In this document: one piece after another, positions 61,747 through 64,000 of the stretch
How positions within the stretch are numbered: position 1 is the stretch's first letter
Layout of the letters: each line of letters begins with the position of its first letter
NCBI GenBank assembly: GCA_051531975.1
Contig: JAOPTT010000016.1
Span: 128,221 to 192,220 of the forward strand
Source of the DNA: Spirochaetaceae bacterium
Lineage (GTDB): Bacteria > Spirochaetota > Spirochaetia > DSM-2461
Reading direction: 5' to 3'
DNA length: 64,000 bases
The notes under the pieces: model-generated
The model's database searches: none
The model's input: only the letters and a program-made list of their open reading frames with translations
What the model was told of the DNA's origin: nothing
Position numbers and translations under genes: made by a program

Positions 61747-62424
61747 CTACTTTAACTGTCTAATTACATCTAAAGCTTTATCAGTAACAATTTGAATATA
61801 ACCACTATCAGGTAGAGTCATTTCTGAAACCATCTGAAATATATTTGGATTTGTAATTTCAATTTCATTTTTTGCTAAGTTTTCAACTGCTAGTAAAAAA
61901 GCAAATGCAAAGTTATGATCTTTTGATCTTCCATGAACTTCCATTAATCTAGAAACAGTATTAACTACATCATCTGCATCAGCAACTGTATTTCTAGAAA
62001 TACCAACTATAATCTCAGATAAAACCATAGATTCACTTTCCATCTCTCCAAGTTCTATTAAAGCATCAGCTGATTGCTGAGTATTAATATTACCTAGTAA
62101 CTTACTAGCCTTTTGTCTAATAGTAGGAAAATTATTAACTATTCTTCCGTTGTTGGTAGAAATTATACCAGTACCTTCAGCACCTAAGTTTGTAATAATT
62201 CTCATTACAAATGGGTCATTCCCATTAAGACGACCCTCTTCATTCATAGCAGTTAAATCTGCAACAGCCATATTCTTTAAGTCTCTATTAGGTGAAGATG
62301 CCTGACTATCAATAATTCTTGTCTCAGCAGACACTTTTAAATATAGATCTTCAACAGTTTCTTCTAAAGCAAATAAAGACAAACTAGCTGCAAGAAATAG
62401 TCCAAATAAAATTGTTTTTTTCAA
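61747..62424 (-). CDS. Exported HEAT-repeat-like helical protein
   Basis: Signal peptide; IRQKASKLLG HEAT-like motif; TTG start with SD GGAG. Confidence 0.7.
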   Translation of the reverse strand: MKKTILFGLFLAASLSLFALEETVEDLYLKVSAETRIIDSQASSPNRDLKNMAVADLTAMNEEGRLNGNDPFVMRIITNLGAEGTGIISTNNGRIVNNFPTIRQKASKLLGNINTQQSADALIELGEMESESMVLSEIIVGISRNTVADADDVVNTVSRLMEVHGRSKDHNFAFAFLLAVENLAKNEIEITNPNIFQMVSEMTLPDSGYIQIVTDKALDVIRQLK

Positions 62425-62502
62425 TGTTAAACTCCATATAACTTATTATACTATATTTCTATTATATATCATCTTTAAGCAAAATAACTAGCTTTTTTAT
62501 AA

Positions 62503-63063
62503 CTAATCTGTTATGAGCCAGTTACTTTCATTTCTAATTAATGTATATATAACAAATTTACTATCATTTTTATAAGTAAATACTTTTATTTTGTCTTCAG
62601 TTTCGAATTGTATTTCATCTACAACTACGTATGATCTTGAAGGAACAACAACATATGTAAAATAATCTTTTAATTGTTTTAACTTAATACCATAGTCTTG
62701 TAACACTGGGTTTTCAGATAATTTTTTTAAAAATTCATCACTCCCATATTTTTCTACATAACTTTCACTTAAATAACTCTGCCAAGTATTAAAGTTTTTT
62801 TTGGAAATAATCTTATTTAAATCAGCAATTAGCGCTTCTATCTGTTCAAAAGTTGTTTCATATTCTTCTTCAGTTGCTACATATACTTCAGGTTCAGCCG
62901 GTATTTCTATTACAGGTTCAGGCTCAGGTTCAAGTACTGGTTCTATTACTTTAGGCTCTTCAACAATTATAACCTCTTCAATTATGGGCTCAGGTGTTGG
63001 AGTTAAACAAGAAGTTAGAACTAATATTGTAAGTAGTATATATATATATAAATATTTTATCAT
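62503..63063 (-). CDS. Hypothetical lipoprotein with Pro/Glu-rich linker
   Basis: Lipobox LTSC; EPEPEP linker. Confidence 0.75.
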   Translation of the reverse strand: MIKYLYIYILLTILVLTSCLTPTPEPIIEEVIIVEEPKVIEPVLEPEPEPVIEIPAEPEVYVATEEEYETTFEQIEALIADLNKIISKKNFNTWQSYLSESYVEKYGSDEFLKKLSENPVLQDYGIKLKQLKDYFTYVVVPSRSYVVVDEIQFETEDKIKVFTYKNDSKFVIYTLIRNESNWLITD

Positions 63064-63127
63064 TTTTAAAAGTTATCATTATAATGGTGGTATTGTCAAA
63101 ATAAACTACAAATGTTATTTTTTTATT

Positions 63128-63601
63128 ATGAAAAATATAGTTTTTCCCGGAAGTTTTGATCCTCCAACATATGGCCATTTAGATATTGTTTCCAGATGTG
63201 CGAGTATTTTTGATAATGTAACTATTTTAATTGCAGAAAACTCTGAAAAAGAAACAATGTTTAGTATAAATACTAGACTTAAATTAATAAAAGAAATGAT
63301 TTCTGATTTTTCCAATGTAAGTGTTGATTATTATGAAGGACTTGTTGTAGAATACGCGAAGCTTAATGATATTAATATAATTGTTCGTGGAATTAGAAAT
63401 AACGTAGATTATAACTATGAATCTGAAATTGAAATGGCAAATAGTTATATTTCTGATATCATTGAAACAGTATATATTAATGCGAGACCTGGTTTTACTA
63501 ATATAAAATCATCTCTTGTTAAGGAATTATTTAAATATAATGTTGATATTTCAACTTTAGTAACACCTAGTGTTTACAAAGAGATGAAGGATCAATATTG
63601 A
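63128..63601 (+). CDS. coaD: Phosphopantetheine adenylyltransferase
   Basis: FPGSFDPPTYGHLDI, IVRGIR, SSLVKE; true start 63128. Confidence 0.95.
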   Translation: MKNIVFPGSFDPPTYGHLDIVSRCASIFDNVTILIAENSEKETMFSINTRLKLIKEMISDFSNVSVDYYEGLVVEYAKLNDINIIVRGIRNNVDYNYESEIEMANSYISDIIETVYINARPGFTNIKSSLVKELFKYNVDISTLVTPSVYKEMKDQY

Positions 63602-63606
63602 TTATA

Positions 63607-63635
63607 TTGACAAAAACAAAAAAGTGTCGTAATCT
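63607..63635 (+). promoter_or_regulatory. sigma70 promoter of rpmF-acpP
   Basis: TTGACA-17 nt-TAATCT. Confidence 0.65.
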
Positions 63636-63667
63636 TTTTTACGACATATTTTATAAGGAAGGTTTAC

Positions 63668-63856
63668 ATGGCAGTACCTAAGTTTAAAATATCAAAGGCG
63701 AAAACTCGGAGAAGAAGATCAATCAATATGAGAATGACTGCTCCGAATTTAATTGGCTGCTCTAGCTGCGGAAATAAAATCCTAAGACATCGTGTATGTC
63801 CAAAATGTGGGTTTTACAAAGGGCAACAGGTTCTTGAATCTGTAGAGATGGCATAG
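63668..63856 (+). CDS. rpmF: 50S ribosomal protein L32 (zinc-ribbon type)
   Basis: MAVPKFKISK, CSSCG, HRVCPKCGFY. Confidence 0.97.
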   Translation: MAVPKFKISKAKTRRRRSINMRMTAPNLIGCSSCGNKILRHRVCPKCGFYKGQQVLESVEMA

Positions 63857-63878
63857 TCTAAACTAAAGGAGAATTTTA

Positions 63879-64000
63879 ATGGACGAATTATTTAACCAGC
63901 TTAAAGAGTTAATTATTGACAAGTTAGAAGTATCGGCTGATGCAGTTACTTTGGAAGCTAGATTTAGAGAAGATCTTGGAGCTGATAGTTTAGATACTTA
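63879..64000 (+). CDS. acpP: Acyl carrier protein (3'-truncated by the window edge)
   Basis: SD AAGGAG; MDELFNQLKELIIDKLEV...FREDLGADSLDT with the DSL phosphopantetheine motif; missing from the ORF track. Confidence 0.93.
   Translation, partial: MDELFNQLKELIIDKLEVSADAVTLEARFREDLGADSLDT

Noticed and set aside
62801..63127. N-terminal extension of CoaD with GSGSGS repeats
   Set aside because: Antisense read of the lipoprotein's EPEPEP linker; CoaD homology starts at 63128.
1..64000. CRISPR array, rRNA, tRNA, IS or prophage
   Set aside because: No regularly spaced repeats, cloverleaf or rRNA signatures, transposase, integrase or phage genes were recognised by eye.

Overview
AT-rich bacterial chromosomal segment, very probably from a free-living spirochaete. 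The blocks ybeY-tlyC-TPR-gap-pgk-tpiA-secG, PPIase-nusB-TPR-map-htrA-PRT, uvrA-LptD-like and coaD-rpmF-acpP match spirochaete (Borrelia-type) gene order as I recall it. About 1-25 kb is accessory: a TPR-CHAT protease/CHASE2-adenylate cyclase/FecR-like operon, an AraC gene, a subclass B1 metallo-beta-lactamase, a small gene interrupted by one in-frame TGA, a CPBP protease, three GNATs, a serine hydrolase, a DUF3857/transglutaminase-TPR giant, a Ser/Thr-pseudokinase-PAS-histidine kinase hybrid and a second adenylate cyclase. At 25.5-27.1 kb is a compact queuosine-salvage module: a QueL-like radical SAM gene divergent from yhhQ, with a preQ1-I riboswitch overlapping the yhhQ ribosome-binding site. 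Next come an MCP, an MFS-acyltransferase-DgkA operon (possible lipid salvage), housekeeping genes and a TPP-riboswitch-controlled thiS-G-H-F-(ThiD2-ThiE)-C operon. Several divergent promoters sit 6-7 nt from ATG codons that lack a Shine-Dalgarno site, suggesting leaderless mRNAs, and two genes appear to use CTG or ATT starts. No rRNA, tRNA, CRISPR array, transposase or integrase was recognised. All family calls come from motif recognition by eye; no database searches were run.
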